From: a virus
Taxonomy: Duplodnaviria; Caudoviricetes
Virus record (IMG/VR): IMGVR_UViG_3300048583_000290
Coordinates: 1-53,938 of that record
Length of the DNA stretch: 53,938 nucleotides
Direction: 5' to 3' (one strand)
Below are positions 36,101-44,880 of the stretch, one piece after another. Numbering within the stretch: the first letter of the stretch is position 1; every line of letters begins with the position of its first letter. The position numbers and the translations under genes are program-made. The notes under the pieces are model-generated. The model was not told the origin of the DNA and ran no database searches. It saw nothing but the letters and a program-made list of their open reading frames with translations.

Positions 36101-38403
36101 CCATCCTGACGGAAGGCGGGTAAGCCGCCGTGAAGCTGGTCAAAGCCTGCATCACTTGGAGTTATAGTTGCATTAGCAGCATCACGAGCGCGCCAACCGA
36201 CCGTAACCCAAGGCTCCGGCGCAATACTGTCAATTCGCTGGCCGCGCGCTGTAGTTGCGAAAGTTGGCGAATCATCCAAGTTTGTAGCTGGATAGCTCAC
36301 GCTCGGCGCAAATAAAATCCCGTCAACTTGCGAGTTCTGCGGAGTCGGCCCTGTAAAGCGTAATGCTCGTCCGCCTTGCGCTTCTTCAGCAGCAACAATC
36401 TCCCAGCGACCGGATGAAATCACAGGCCAGAAATTAAAACCAGCCTCGACCATCGCCTGCAAGGTCGGATAGGCCCCGATGATGATGCTGGTCAGTGCCT
36501 GCCGGTCTTGGAACTGGTGCGACTCCAAGCGGCTGGAGCGAGTTGCTAAAGCTGTGTCACCAGCAATGCGGGCTTGGCTCTCGTCGGTGATGCGCGCCGA
36601 CAGTTCGGATAAGTCAGTCGAAAAATCAGAGCCGCGGAAGCCTAGGAATGGTGCGCCAATTTCGATGCTGCCTGCCGTCACAGCCGATGCGAGTGCGAGC
36701 CGCCAAGTGCCAGCTTCGTCAGGCAGTTCAAAAGTATTCAAAAAGCGCGTCGGGGTATTCACGGTTGATGCTGGCAGCGGAACGCGAAGGGACGGCAAAA
36801 GAGCGCCAGTTACGGTGCGAAGGTCGAGCACGACATCAACGTTACCTGCTGTGTTGGCTGCGCGAGCAAATACAAGCTCTGCATCAAGAGTGCGCGACGG
36901 AACAGGCCGAAATGCAGCGTCATTAGCGGTAAGCGTTCCAGACCTGCGAGCAACAAAAACGTTGCGTGCTGGACCTGCGCTGCGTTGCTCGACGTTCCAC
37001 GCCAAGTCGCTAAACGACCAATCTGCACCACCACCCGTAAATTGGGGGTTCATCAATAAGTTGCCGCCTGCCTCTTGAATCTCGCGCGATGTTGCTTCTA
37101 TAACATCACTACGTTGAGCTAAAGCTGCATCAGCAGCAGCACGCACCTGGCTCTCGCTGGTGATTCGAGCATTAACTTGAGTGAGGTCAGTCCCGAAATT
37201 AGCTTCCAGACTATCGATGCGTGTTGCAAGAGCGGTGTCGCCGGCAACGCGAGCTTGGCTCTCACTGCTGACGCGGGCGCTCAAGTCTTGGGTAGTGCCC
37301 GCCAAGCCGACCAAAGTTGACGTAAGAGGGCCATACCCCCACTCGGAAAGGAATAGCTGGTGACCTGCTGCCGTTCCATCGAATGTAACGACTGGGCGGA
37401 CAGTGCGTGCGTCGGTCGGGAATGGGGTTGGGGCATTTACATCAGGTGCAGCAAAACCAACGCGGTTGCCCGCTCCAACGGGAGAGCGACCGCGCGCATA
37501 CCCTGATGTGCGAACGCCGCGCGACGGGAGCGATTCAATTGCGCCGCCGTGTTGAGAGTCATCGCCACTGTCATTCGGTATAGCAAACCCAGCCGAGTTA
37601 AAAGTTCGCCACCCGACCACAATTGTCGGGTTTGAAGCAACTGAATCAGACCTGTGAACTCGCACGGTGACCACAAAAGTAGGGTCGTCCACCGGGGCAA
37701 GCTGTGGGTAAGTCATGGGAAGCCCAAGCACCGTGCCTTGCGTCTGCGAGTTTTGGGCTGTCGGGCCTGCGAAATGCAGACCAATTCCACCGACAGCCCC
37801 AGAAGCATTCCGAAGGCTCCAGCGCCCTGAATCTATGGCGGGAAAGAATTGAAACCCATCATCGACCATCGCTTGCAGGCTGGCGTAGGCACCGAAAACC
37901 ACGCTGGTAAGCGACTGCAGGTTCTGAAACTTGTGCGCCTCAAGTGAAGTCGAGCGCACTGCAAGAGCAGTGTCTCCGGCAATGCGCGCTTGGCTTTCTT
38001 GCGTAACGCTGGCCGTCAGCCGCAAATCTGCTGAATCCAAATCAGCTTGGATGGTATCAATTCGCTGGCCGATGATAATGTCTGCGCCTGCGAGCACTTC
38101 AACTTCAGTCGTGATGCGCGCATTGAGTGTTGTGTAGCCTTGCTGCAGCTGGCCTTCCAAATCGGTGCGGAGCAATTCATCTGCAGCCGCAAACTCGCCA
38201 CGCAGCGTGAACATAATCGGAGTGGGGTCTGGCCAGAACTCCAAATCGCTGTAACGTTGGAAGCCGTTGCCGACTTTCGCCAAAATTCCAGTCACGCCGC
38301 TTTCAAAAACAAGCTCGCCGTGACCAATGACAAGGTCGTTGTTGAGCCATTCAGAAGCCGTCCCAATGAGAAGGCGGGTTCTTGCGGGAAGGGTGTCTGA
38401 CAT
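33187..38403 (-). CDS. Large modular tail fibre / receptor-binding protein
   Basis: Mtd-N-like start (GTASEW..N.VI..GEL..E...KVGNG); repeated ESQAR.AGDTALA.R linkers; repeated globular domains; DUF1983-like region near the C-terminus. Confidence 0.85.
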   Translation of the reverse strand: MSDTLPARTRLLIGTASEWLNNDLVIGHGELVFESGVTGILAKVGNGFQRYSDLEFWPDPTPIMFTLRGEFAAADELLRTDLEGQLQQGYTTLNARITTEVEVLAGADIIIGQRIDTIQADLDSADLRLTASVTQESQARIAGDTALAVRSTSLEAHKFQNLQSLTSVVFGAYASLQAMVDDGFQFFPAIDSGRWSLRNASGAVGGIGLHFAGPTAQNSQTQGTVLGLPMTYPQLAPVDDPTFVVTVRVHRSDSVASNPTIVVGWRTFNSAGFAIPNDSGDDSQHGGAIESLPSRGVRTSGYARGRSPVGAGNRVGFAAPDVNAPTPFPTDARTVRPVVTFDGTAAGHQLFLSEWGYGPLTSTLVGLAGTTQDLSARVSSESQARVAGDTALATRIDSLEANFGTDLTQVNARITSESQVRAAADAALAQRSDVIEATSREIQEAGGNLLMNPQFTGGGADWSFSDLAWNVEQRSAGPARNVFVARRSGTLTANDAAFRPVPSRTLDAELVFARAANTAGNVDVVLDLRTVTGALLPSLRVPLPASTVNTPTRFLNTFELPDEAGTWRLALASAVTAGSIEIGAPFLGFRGSDFSTDLSELSARITDESQARIAGDTALATRSSRLESHQFQDRQALTSIIIGAYPTLQAMVEAGFNFWPVISSGRWEIVAAEEAQGGRALRFTGPTPQNSQVDGILFAPSVSYPATNLDDSPTFATTARGQRIDSIAPEPWVTVGWRARDAANATITPSDAGFDQLHGGLPAFRQDGSWSAAGYARGTANVGEGNRVGFAAPDISEPTPFPTGTRSLLPMVTFRGTQPGHILDIYEWTYGPVTSTVVGLSRTTVDLRASVADESQARVAGDTALATRASTLEARSLSTETAETTFDFAAFGSPEMMERAGWFFNPPVSTGAWKMEPNGSGIGGRSLTCTLSAADQILLRAPAFGLNPFDETYSGMWRLFRPDGGATNNAAAISVFAGWACFDADGTFLVSDGSSQASQVALAFPLQPLSAPTLQGYGRGRAAVGAGNGVGLAAPNLSAPRPFPNGTSRLMPAIQIIGTPVGLPITITGGRYGIVTRAAASNAAITDESQARVAGDTALASRSTALEARARASSTAEAAFDFGAYESIAALIAAGFEASPALDSGAWFLTVDGNAEGGRGLGYYSTDFTNMILYGPRTSFNPTLSETYGGRWQLFRNAGGADPAAAIQVYAGWLPYDAANVALIPSDFGSFHNQVAAAAPLLPGGVVVQGYGSGRAAAGAGNNVGRPSPDILDAAPFANGTTSLRPTLQLIGVPANTLIAVLNGRYGAVSRTADTRALIKTESTTRASADEALAQQIQTIIAEGAQGTKTFFQAAAPPNPEPGWVWFQDTGPGMPDNIFRWSGIAWDQINTADSADLAALEAKIITESTARVNGDNALSQRIAITESTVVSQGAAITATNARVTDETTARVNADNALAQRVTVTETTSQSNTNRLTVTEQATSAQGLKWSVRADANGRIAGIDLINGTTGPSLLSFLIDVFRVFNAATGIDEPVFEVRGGRVLIRQAVIDDLTVDQLRIDGNVLDSDATGALTIRRNGITTPLIAQNAIQTIYSYSQTTAGTQFTRNVWSTIVLNGAQAGVTIVNDPTGAALIRFDVSVLIRNFGSNSDLASFRIYRSDGFILTTQYTGVYIDDTPNNAYGVKSMVFFDIGVSAGAQHSYYFQMNSNEESIVRTVNILATLTKNSQTAPFVAPLLEDF

Positions 38404-38404
38404 G

Positions 38405-38905
38405 TTAGACCTCAACCGATGGGTTTGAAACTGTGCCTGGGTCGGTAACTGTTACTGCCGGATTGCTCGGCGTTCCGGCAACTATCCAATACGGCCCAGA
38501 TGAAGGCGGCGTTGGCGGGTCTGCTGGAATGAATGCGTTGGCAAGCATAGCTGGACTCATTTCGGCGCCAACAGTAACGGTGACTAAATTCCATCCAGCA
38601 GAGCTTATGTCAAGCGACGTAATGAAGCGAACTTCATGCGGGGAGAGAATTTCACCTTTGCTGAGGGCACTTTGCAAATCAATCTGGAACCAAGTCCACG
38701 CATTGTCGTTACACCACGATTGCCACTCTGTCAATTCTTCAGCGCGCAAGGTGAACTGGAGAGCCATAATTGTTGGCAGTCGAGTATATTGCCTGCGTTG
38801 ACGCGAATTGCCGGTCGAGAACTGCGAGCGAAGCAAACCTGCGTCAACCGCCAGGCTGTATGGCTGGCGGTCTGGAAGGGGGAATTTGGCAGGATAGACA
38901 GTCAT
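38405..38905 (-). CDS. Minor tail protein (distal tail / gpM-like)
   Basis: YP..FPLP....YS, G.SRQRR.Y, WF.I.L. Confidence 0.65.
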   Translation of the reverse strand: MTVYPAKFPLPDRQPYSLAVDAGLLRSQFSTGNSRQRRQYTRLPTIMALQFTLRAEELTEWQSWCNDNAWTWFQIDLQSALSKGEILSPHEVRFITSLDISSAGWNLVTVTVGAEMSPAMLANAFIPADPPTPPSSGPYWIVAGTPSNPAVTVTDPGTVSNPSVEV

Positions 38906-41418
38906 CAGAATGCTTCCTCAAGCCAAGGCATCGCACCAGCAAAAATGGCTTCGTCATATACGTTCATTGAAAGGCGAACTTGATTGTTGCCTTGCGGCTC
39001 GATGCCGACCAAAGAGAAGTCCCTGACAATGACATTGTCTTGACCAAACGCATATATTGCGCCTTCTTGCGCGCCTTCAGGCCGAATGGGGAACGGCGGC
39101 AGCGTGGCGAGAACAAAGTTGTTATCTGACACGCCGCGCGTGACAACAACTGGGCCGTGCGGAACGCCAGTCTCGCTGCGGATAATTACAGCGTGCGTTG
39201 GGCCGCTCCAGTCCAAATCTTCATCAACGAATATGCTGGTGCCGTTGACTTGAACGACATTCCCGCTGACAGACCATTTCGGCATGTGAAGGCTTGCTGC
39301 GACCCTGTCGCCAACGCGCGGCAAAAGCCCTTCAAGCTCTGTGGCAAAGCCAAGCGACTTGCGCTGAATGACAAGCCGCTGCCAGCGCAACCGAGCAAAT
39401 TGAAGAGCGACAGCCTTGTTGGTGCACCCCGGCAACTGGATTTGCTCAGGGTCAATGGCGTCAAGCGGCCATTCGACAAATGCAGGGTTGAAGGTTTGCG
39501 GGTCGCGGTATTCAATCCGAACGCCATCAAAATCTGACGGTGTGCCAAATTCATATGTCAGCGTCGCAGAGCCTGCGAGAATGTTGGAGTCGGCGAACAG
39601 CTGCGAGCGCACAGCCTTCTTTCCATCAATCGCAATCGAAACAAGACCGCCATAAGGGATGGGGGACGCGCCCGCGCCTTGCAGGATAATCTGCGCGGCT
39701 TCCCAAAGTGTGCTGCGTTGCGTAAATGCGCCGTTGAACTCGGCACGGTCAGCAAAGTGAGCCGCGACCCGGCGAATTTCAAGCATGTCAAGTTGCGTCT
39801 GCGGGAGCCGCCCGCCATACGCCTGGTTCGTGAAGGCGTCGATGAAAGCATCAATAACACTGACGGTCGAACGCATCGCTCCATCGCCAAGGAAGTTGGG
39901 AAGGCGGCGCACGACCGTGGCGCGAACCCGGCTTGTTGCTTCGCTGCTGATGCCATTTGTTGCACGCATCTTGATGACCAGCAAAGTCGTGTCGCCATAG
40001 ATTGGTGTTGTTACGCGCTCCAACTTCGCTTTGAGGGCAGTCCAAACGGCATTGCTCACTCGGTCACTTGTCTGCGGAACAGCAGTGAGGCGAACCATCG
40101 ACACTTGATAGCGCCCAACAGGAACGTCAAGAACCAACGTGTATCGCCGGGGCGTGTTGGTCGCTGCCGTGAATGCGGTCGTGATGGAAAGCTGCGGCGA
40201 GCCGATGACATTGCCATCATCGTCAATTTCCTGCGCAATCATTTCAATCTGCGCCGTCTCGGAAATGAACAGGCCAGTCTTTCTGTCGACACCGAAGATG
40301 CCTTGCGGAAAGACAATGTCTGAAGATATTTGCGTGACGCGTTTGCCGGGTGCGCAGGCCGCAAAAGGCCCACTGCTGACGTTGGTCGAAGCGCCATCGT
40401 TGAACAGGATTATCTGCCCAGCGGTCGCTGCTTGCGCGACCATCGGCACAGAATATTCATTGACGCTAATTGTCCGCGAAGCTATATTAGTTTCATAGGC
40501 TTCCCAGAAGCCGTCATTCGCCGTTCCGCCAGCAATCTGGAAGAAAGTGCCAACGCCGGGAGTGATTGGCGGCCAGCTTCCGAGAGTGAATTTGCCGGTG
40601 TTTGGGTCTGCTGCAATGGTGGTGTTGTGCGTCACCGAAGTCGCATACTGCACGCCGCCGCGTGGGATTGGTTCATTCGGGTCAAGTGGAGGGTAATCAG
40701 GGTTGAACACAGGCTGCAGCAATTCCTGATTGCCGACTTCAGGCGATGTAACAACATCCTCGAAAACGCCGGTCAACGCCTCGATGTTGCCCATTGAATT
40801 CAAATGGACGCTCTGCGGGATTTGCCAATAGACGACTGAATCGCCAAACAGCGATGATGCTTCCGTTTCGCCAATCAGGACATTAAGCAAGTCATATTCA
40901 CCTTGCCCGATGCAAAGAATTTCGCAGAGATACTGCTCGTTGTTTTCAAAGAATGCATACGGCTGGCTTGCAAAGCTCGGCGTTGTGATGACGCGGCCAT
41001 AAATCACAGGAATTGGGTCGCCAGTTGCCGGTGCGTTCTGAGCGCCGCTCAAGCTGTAAACAGGGTCAGCTGCGGGCTGGCCTTGGAGAGCTTTTGGCTT
41101 GGTGCCGAAAATGGCTGTGACAAGCAGAGTAATGGCAGCGGATGCAAGGGCAATCAGCAGCGACTGGAGAAGAATTGCCCCAATAGCGGGTGTTCCAGGA
41201 ACGATGGCGATTATGAGGTGACTGTCGCTCTCAAGCTGGCGGTCGGCATCTTCGATTGCCAAAAATTCACCGTCAAGCGACATTGCGATTGGCGCGCCAA
41301 AGCCGTTTGGATAATTCTGTTGCAGCCAGTCAATAACGGCAGTGCCATCTTCGGCCTTGAATATCTGGCGGCTAGTCGCCTTGAGCGGTTCTGGATAAAG
41401 GGTGATTGTCGCGGTCAC
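38905..41418 (-). CDS. Tail tip / central tail hub protein (gpI-gpJ-like)
   Basis: N.P..GDPIPVIYG, LCIGQGEY, GDRV motifs; GTGA coupling. Confidence 0.85.
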   Translation of the reverse strand: MTATITLYPEPLKATSRQIFKAEDGTAVIDWLQQNYPNGFGAPIAMSLDGEFLAIEDADRQLESDSHLIIAIVPGTPAIGAILLQSLLIALASAAITLLVTAIFGTKPKALQGQPAADPVYSLSGAQNAPATGDPIPVIYGRVITTPSFASQPYAFFENNEQYLCEILCIGQGEYDLLNVLIGETEASSLFGDSVVYWQIPQSVHLNSMGNIEALTGVFEDVVTSPEVGNQELLQPVFNPDYPPLDPNEPIPRGGVQYATSVTHNTTIAADPNTGKFTLGSWPPITPGVGTFFQIAGGTANDGFWEAYETNIASRTISVNEYSVPMVAQAATAGQIILFNDGASTNVSSGPFAACAPGKRVTQISSDIVFPQGIFGVDRKTGLFISETAQIEMIAQEIDDDGNVIGSPQLSITTAFTAATNTPRRYTLVLDVPVGRYQVSMVRLTAVPQTSDRVSNAVWTALKAKLERVTTPIYGDTTLLVIKMRATNGISSEATSRVRATVVRRLPNFLGDGAMRSTVSVIDAFIDAFTNQAYGGRLPQTQLDMLEIRRVAAHFADRAEFNGAFTQRSTLWEAAQIILQGAGASPIPYGGLVSIAIDGKKAVRSQLFADSNILAGSATLTYEFGTPSDFDGVRIEYRDPQTFNPAFVEWPLDAIDPEQIQLPGCTNKAVALQFARLRWQRLVIQRKSLGFATELEGLLPRVGDRVAASLHMPKWSVSGNVVQVNGTSIFVDEDLDWSGPTHAVIIRSETGVPHGPVVVTRGVSDNNFVLATLPPFPIRPEGAQEGAIYAFGQDNVIVRDFSLVGIEPQGNNQVRLSMNVYDEAIFAGAMPWLEEAF

Positions 41419-41807
41419 AGCGCAAATCTCCCGAAGCTCTGAATGCCATAGCCCTTTGCAAAATCCGCCTTCCGTTCTGCGACCACGCCGCGCCCTGCCG
41501 ACGCATGCAAATAGCGCCCGGCAAAAAGGATGCCGACATGCTTGGTGCGCTGGCCGCGCACGCTGGCAATTACGATATGCGCGTCTTGCTCTTCGCACTC
41601 AAAAAAGGCCGTGCCCGCTTGTTCGCGTAAGAGGATTAGAGAAGCCCTAAGCCCGCCCGCGCGACCCGCTAGGGCCGGGATAGACAAGCCGAGAACGTCT
41701 CTAGCCCACGCTACGGCTAAACCCCAGCAATCGACCCCGCCGCGCTCCGAGCCGCCTAGGCGGTAGGGCGTTCCAATCCATTCATTTGCAAACTCTGCGC
41801 CGGTCAT
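41415..41807 (-). CDS. NlpC/P60 tail-associated protein (gpK-like)
   Basis: IGTPY..GG....GVDCWGL...HVGI....YLHA. Confidence 0.88.
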   Translation of the reverse strand: MTGAEFANEWIGTPYRLGGSERGGVDCWGLAVAWARDVLGLSIPALAGRAGGLRASLILLREQAGTAFFECEEQDAHIVIASVRGQRTKHVGILFAGRYLHASAGRGVVAERKADFAKGYGIQSFGRFAL

Positions 41808-42301
41808 CTGTCCAGCCCCGGAAAGCGACGAATGTCATACGCAGCACTTGGAAAGCGCCGGTTGAGCGTATCTGTCGATGTTGCCTGGGCATTGACTTGC
41901 GCTGCGTCGGCTTCAATCTGCCTAATGTTCAAGCGGATTGGGTCGCTGGCTGGTGAATTCAAATCACGGCTCGTGTATGCGCGCCAGACAAATTCAATCA
42001 ACTCGCTTGGTTGCGTCGCGGCCTTCTCCACCTCAAGCAGAATTTGCTGGTCCACATTGCCAATAATAAGTTGGAGCGGCCCTTGCCCAGCGGCCAGCGA
42101 CTGCGGCAGCTTAATTTCAAAAGGCGCTTGGACGAACACCACTTGCGTTCCATCTTCAAGACGAGCCGCGAACCCCAATTCTGCATTCGTCAGAAAGTGA
42201 CGCTGTGTGAATGCGGGGTGATACAACTCGACAGTTTCATACCAAATTTCATCAAGCGGTGCGCTTGCATAAATTCGAGCGAGGGCTGGGGAGATTGCCA
42301 T
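41804..42301 (-). CDS. Minor tail protein (DUF1833 / gpL-like)
   Basis: ETVELYHP, PF.I.LP, I.NV, LNRRFP...Y....FPGL. Confidence 0.8.
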   Translation of the reverse strand: MAISPALARIYASAPLDEIWYETVELYHPAFTQRHFLTNAELGFAARLEDGTQVVFVQAPFEIKLPQSLAAGQGPLQLIIGNVDQQILLEVEKAATQPSELIEFVWRAYTSRDLNSPASDPIRLNIRQIEADAAQVNAQATSTDTLNRRFPSAAYDIRRFPGLDR

Positions 42302-44229
42302 TAACCGGCACCCCCACGGCTCAACCCATAAGTGCGTTCGACTGACGATGAAACGAGATTGCCGCCGCTCCGAATATCTGCTGCGACAGCGCGGCGGGCG
42401 TGTTCAACGAAAATCTTCAAATTGCCAGAGTCATCAGCCTGGGCGCTGACTTGCGCGCCTGCATTGTTGATAATCTGGACGTTCACTGCAGGCGCGCTGA
42501 CACCGAGCTTCCCTGCTTTGTCGCGCTTCAAGGGCATAATCGCTTCTGGGCCAGCCTCGCCCATCAAGCCCATCGACGGCACGCCGCCGCGACTGAAGGC
42601 AAAGTTAGTCGGACGATTGACGACGCCGCCGCGCGCAAACGCATACTGGTGACCATCAAAAGCAGCGCCTTTGGCTGCGGGCGTTTTTGCACCGCCGCTG
42701 AATGCCGCTCCGTCTGCTGCACCAAAGAGGCTGGTGACGAATTTGGCGATGGCAACTTTTGCTAGCTCTTTGAGCACGTATGCAACCATAGAACCGACCG
42801 CCTCTTTGATGGTTGCGGTCCCCGTCAAAAAGGCTTCAGTCGTTCGACCCATTTCATCGGCAAATTCCTGGATAGGAAATTTGGCTTCGGCAGCGCCATC
42901 TTTGATTTTCTTGAAGCCCTCTTCTGCGGCAATCTGCGTCCGCCCAAAATATCCGATAGCATCGGACAAAGCGAGATTGGCGGCATCAAGCGTCGGCTTG
43001 AGGTCGTTGAATGACTTCCCAGAAAAGTTGTCAAGTGAAAGCGCAACATTATCAATCTTGTAACGCATCCTTTCTGCAGCTTCGGAAGCCGTTTCAAAAG
43101 CGTCAAATATTGCATTCGCAGCTTCCGCTGCCGTCAAAAAGCCTTTGCCTTGCGCCTCGCGGATTTTGGTAACTTCTTCATTGAACTTGATGAATGGGTC
43201 TTGAGCTTCGCGGATTGAATCTGCAAACTCGCGGGTTTGGTCAATTTCCTTCTGTGCAGCTTTGGTGCGACGTTCTGCTTCATCTTGCGCTTTCTTTGCG
43301 TCTGCAGCGCGCGCTTTTGCAGCTTCAGCGTCCAAATCTGCAAGGACTTTATTTGCGTTGGCGACGACTGAAGTTTTTACTGCAAGGTCATTTGTTACCT
43401 CAGCCAACTTCTCGCGCGTTTTGGTTAGCTCGCGGTCTGATACTGCAATTTCGAGCGATGCGCCGACATATGATTCAGGCACACCATAGATTGCGGGGTT
43501 TTCGCGCTGCGACTTGATTTGCTCCAGCCGCACAACCTGCTGATTGAGGATTGCTTGGGTGGTTTTCTGCGTATCAATCGCCAATTTTTCTTGAGCTTTG
43601 GCTTGGCCGATGGTATATACAATTTGCTCGCGATTGGTGAGCGCGCTGTAGCCCGTGATTTCAGCAAGCTCTTTCGTCGCATCTTTGAGCGAGAGCGTTT
43701 TGATTCGTGCAATTTCTTGAGCGCGCGTCAGAATTGCAGTTTCTTTCCCGGCTTTGTTTGTGGCGTCATCAACGCCTTTCATAGCATCGAGAAACGGCAC
43801 CAGAACCGCGAGGCCAATGACTAGCGCAGTGCCCCACGGCCCCGCAATGAATGAGCCGACTTTGCCGAGCGTGCCGCCCATTTGGGATGCAATGAAGCCA
43901 GCCTGGGCCATCTGCTGCGTGAAGGCTACAAGCGGACGCTGCCCGCCTTGAACCTGAACGCCAAAATCTTGAACCTGCTGGCCGAGCTGAACAACGCCCT
44001 GCTGGCGGATGCGCGTCTGCTTTTCCAGTTCTTTTTCGGAAAGGACAATGCCATCAACGCTTTTGCGATAATTGTTGTTTGCCGACCCGGCATTGTTCAT
44101 TGCGCGGGTTTGCTGGGCTGTCGCCTGCGCTAATTTTGCGCGGCTGCGCTCGATGCTCGCAATACGTGCAAGCGCGACTTCACTGCCTTCGACCTTGATG
44201 CGGACAATGACGTCTTTGATATCAGCCAT
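42301..44229 (-). CDS. Tape measure protein
   Basis: QVQDFGVQVQGGQ motif, helical, C-terminal FARGGVV...MGEAGPEAIMPL. Confidence 0.9.
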   Translation of the reverse strand: MADIKDVIVRIKVEGSEVALARIASIERSRAKLAQATAQQTRAMNNAGSANNNYRKSVDGIVLSEKELEKQTRIRQQGVVQLGQQVQDFGVQVQGGQRPLVAFTQQMAQAGFIASQMGGTLGKVGSFIAGPWGTALVIGLAVLVPFLDAMKGVDDATNKAGKETAILTRAQEIARIKTLSLKDATKELAEITGYSALTNREQIVYTIGQAKAQEKLAIDTQKTTQAILNQQVVRLEQIKSQRENPAIYGVPESYVGASLEIAVSDRELTKTREKLAEVTNDLAVKTSVVANANKVLADLDAEAAKARAADAKKAQDEAERRTKAAQKEIDQTREFADSIREAQDPFIKFNEEVTKIREAQGKGFLTAAEAANAIFDAFETASEAAERMRYKIDNVALSLDNFSGKSFNDLKPTLDAANLALSDAIGYFGRTQIAAEEGFKKIKDGAAEAKFPIQEFADEMGRTTEAFLTGTATIKEAVGSMVAYVLKELAKVAIAKFVTSLFGAADGAAFSGGAKTPAAKGAAFDGHQYAFARGGVVNRPTNFAFSRGGVPSMGLMGEAGPEAIMPLKRDKAGKLGVSAPAVNVQIINNAGAQVSAQADDSGNLKIFVEHARRAVAADIRSGGNLVSSSVERTYGLSRGGAG

Positions 44230-44521
44230 TATGCTTCATCCAGTGCTGGTCAATCGTCATAATTGCGCCATCAAACCAACCCGGAGCACAAAATCTGTCC
44301 GCCCAACTCCAAATTCTATCGACGGGTATCATCGTAGCTCCGCCCATCGTGAAACTGCGAGTTGTGCTTAGTTCATAAAATGCTTCGAGCAACCACAAGC
44401 AACTATTGACTGAAGGGGCAAGGTCTTTCTCTGCTACGCGGCCACTCGCCAATAGCTTTTTGTAGAAATCAATCTTGCCCTGCCATTTCCTTTCCCAATC
44501 GAGGTATGCAATTACTTTCCC
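44222..44521 (-). CDS. Tail assembly chaperone C-terminal part (gpT-like, reached by -1 frameshift)
   Basis: Open -1 frame GKVIAYLDW... beginning at the slippery site; AFYELSTTR...IP. Confidence 0.75.
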   Translation of the reverse strand, partial: GKVIAYLDWERKWQGKIDFYKKLLASGRVAEKDLAPSVNSCLWLLEAFYELSTTRSFTMGGATMIPVDRIWSWADRFCAPGWFDGAIMTIDQHWMKHNG

Positions 44522-44880
44522 GTTTGCGCTTTTGCGCGTTCCTCCAACTTGCCGGCAAGCTCTGTCGCAATGCGGAACAAAGTTTCTGCGGCAGGGTAAT
44601 AGTCCCCGGCGAGCAATTCGACGGTCATCCCTTCCGGCATATCTTTGATGCAAGTATTGATGAACGCGCTAATTTGCGTTTCCTGGAACGCAATCGCGGA
44701 AAGCCCCTTGACGACAAAAGTGCCGTTCTCCATCGCGCCATTCTCGCTGATGGCTTCCTGCCACGCCCGATTGTATGGGCGGTTCCATTGCGTCGGAAGC
44801 TCAACACCGAATGAAACTTTGGTGTTCGGAAGGGTGATTTTTTCCCTTTCCGGCATCTTGTATGCGTCAAGTCCTTGCAC
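44512..44880 (-). CDS. Tail assembly chaperone (gpG-like)
   Basis: Between tube and TMP; ends in GK on G GGA AAG. Confidence 0.8.
   Translation of the reverse strand: MQGLDAYKMPEREKITLPNTKVSFGVELPTQWNRPYNRAWQEAISENGAMENGTFVVKGLSAIAFQETQISAFINTCIKDMPEGMTVELLAGDYYPAAETLFRIATELAGKLEERAKAQTGK
44515..44521 (-). other. -1 ribosomal frameshift heptamer GGGAAAG
   Basis: Same heptamer as lambda G/GT, in X XXY YYZ register just before the stop. Confidence 0.85.

Noticed and set aside
33187-38403. Diversity-generating retroelement suggested by the Mtd-like N-terminus
   Set aside because: No reverse transcriptase ORF and no adenine-variant template/variable repeat pair seen
44515-44521. Programmed frameshift as a novelty
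   Set aside because: Well-known lambda G/GT-type feature; annotated but not novel
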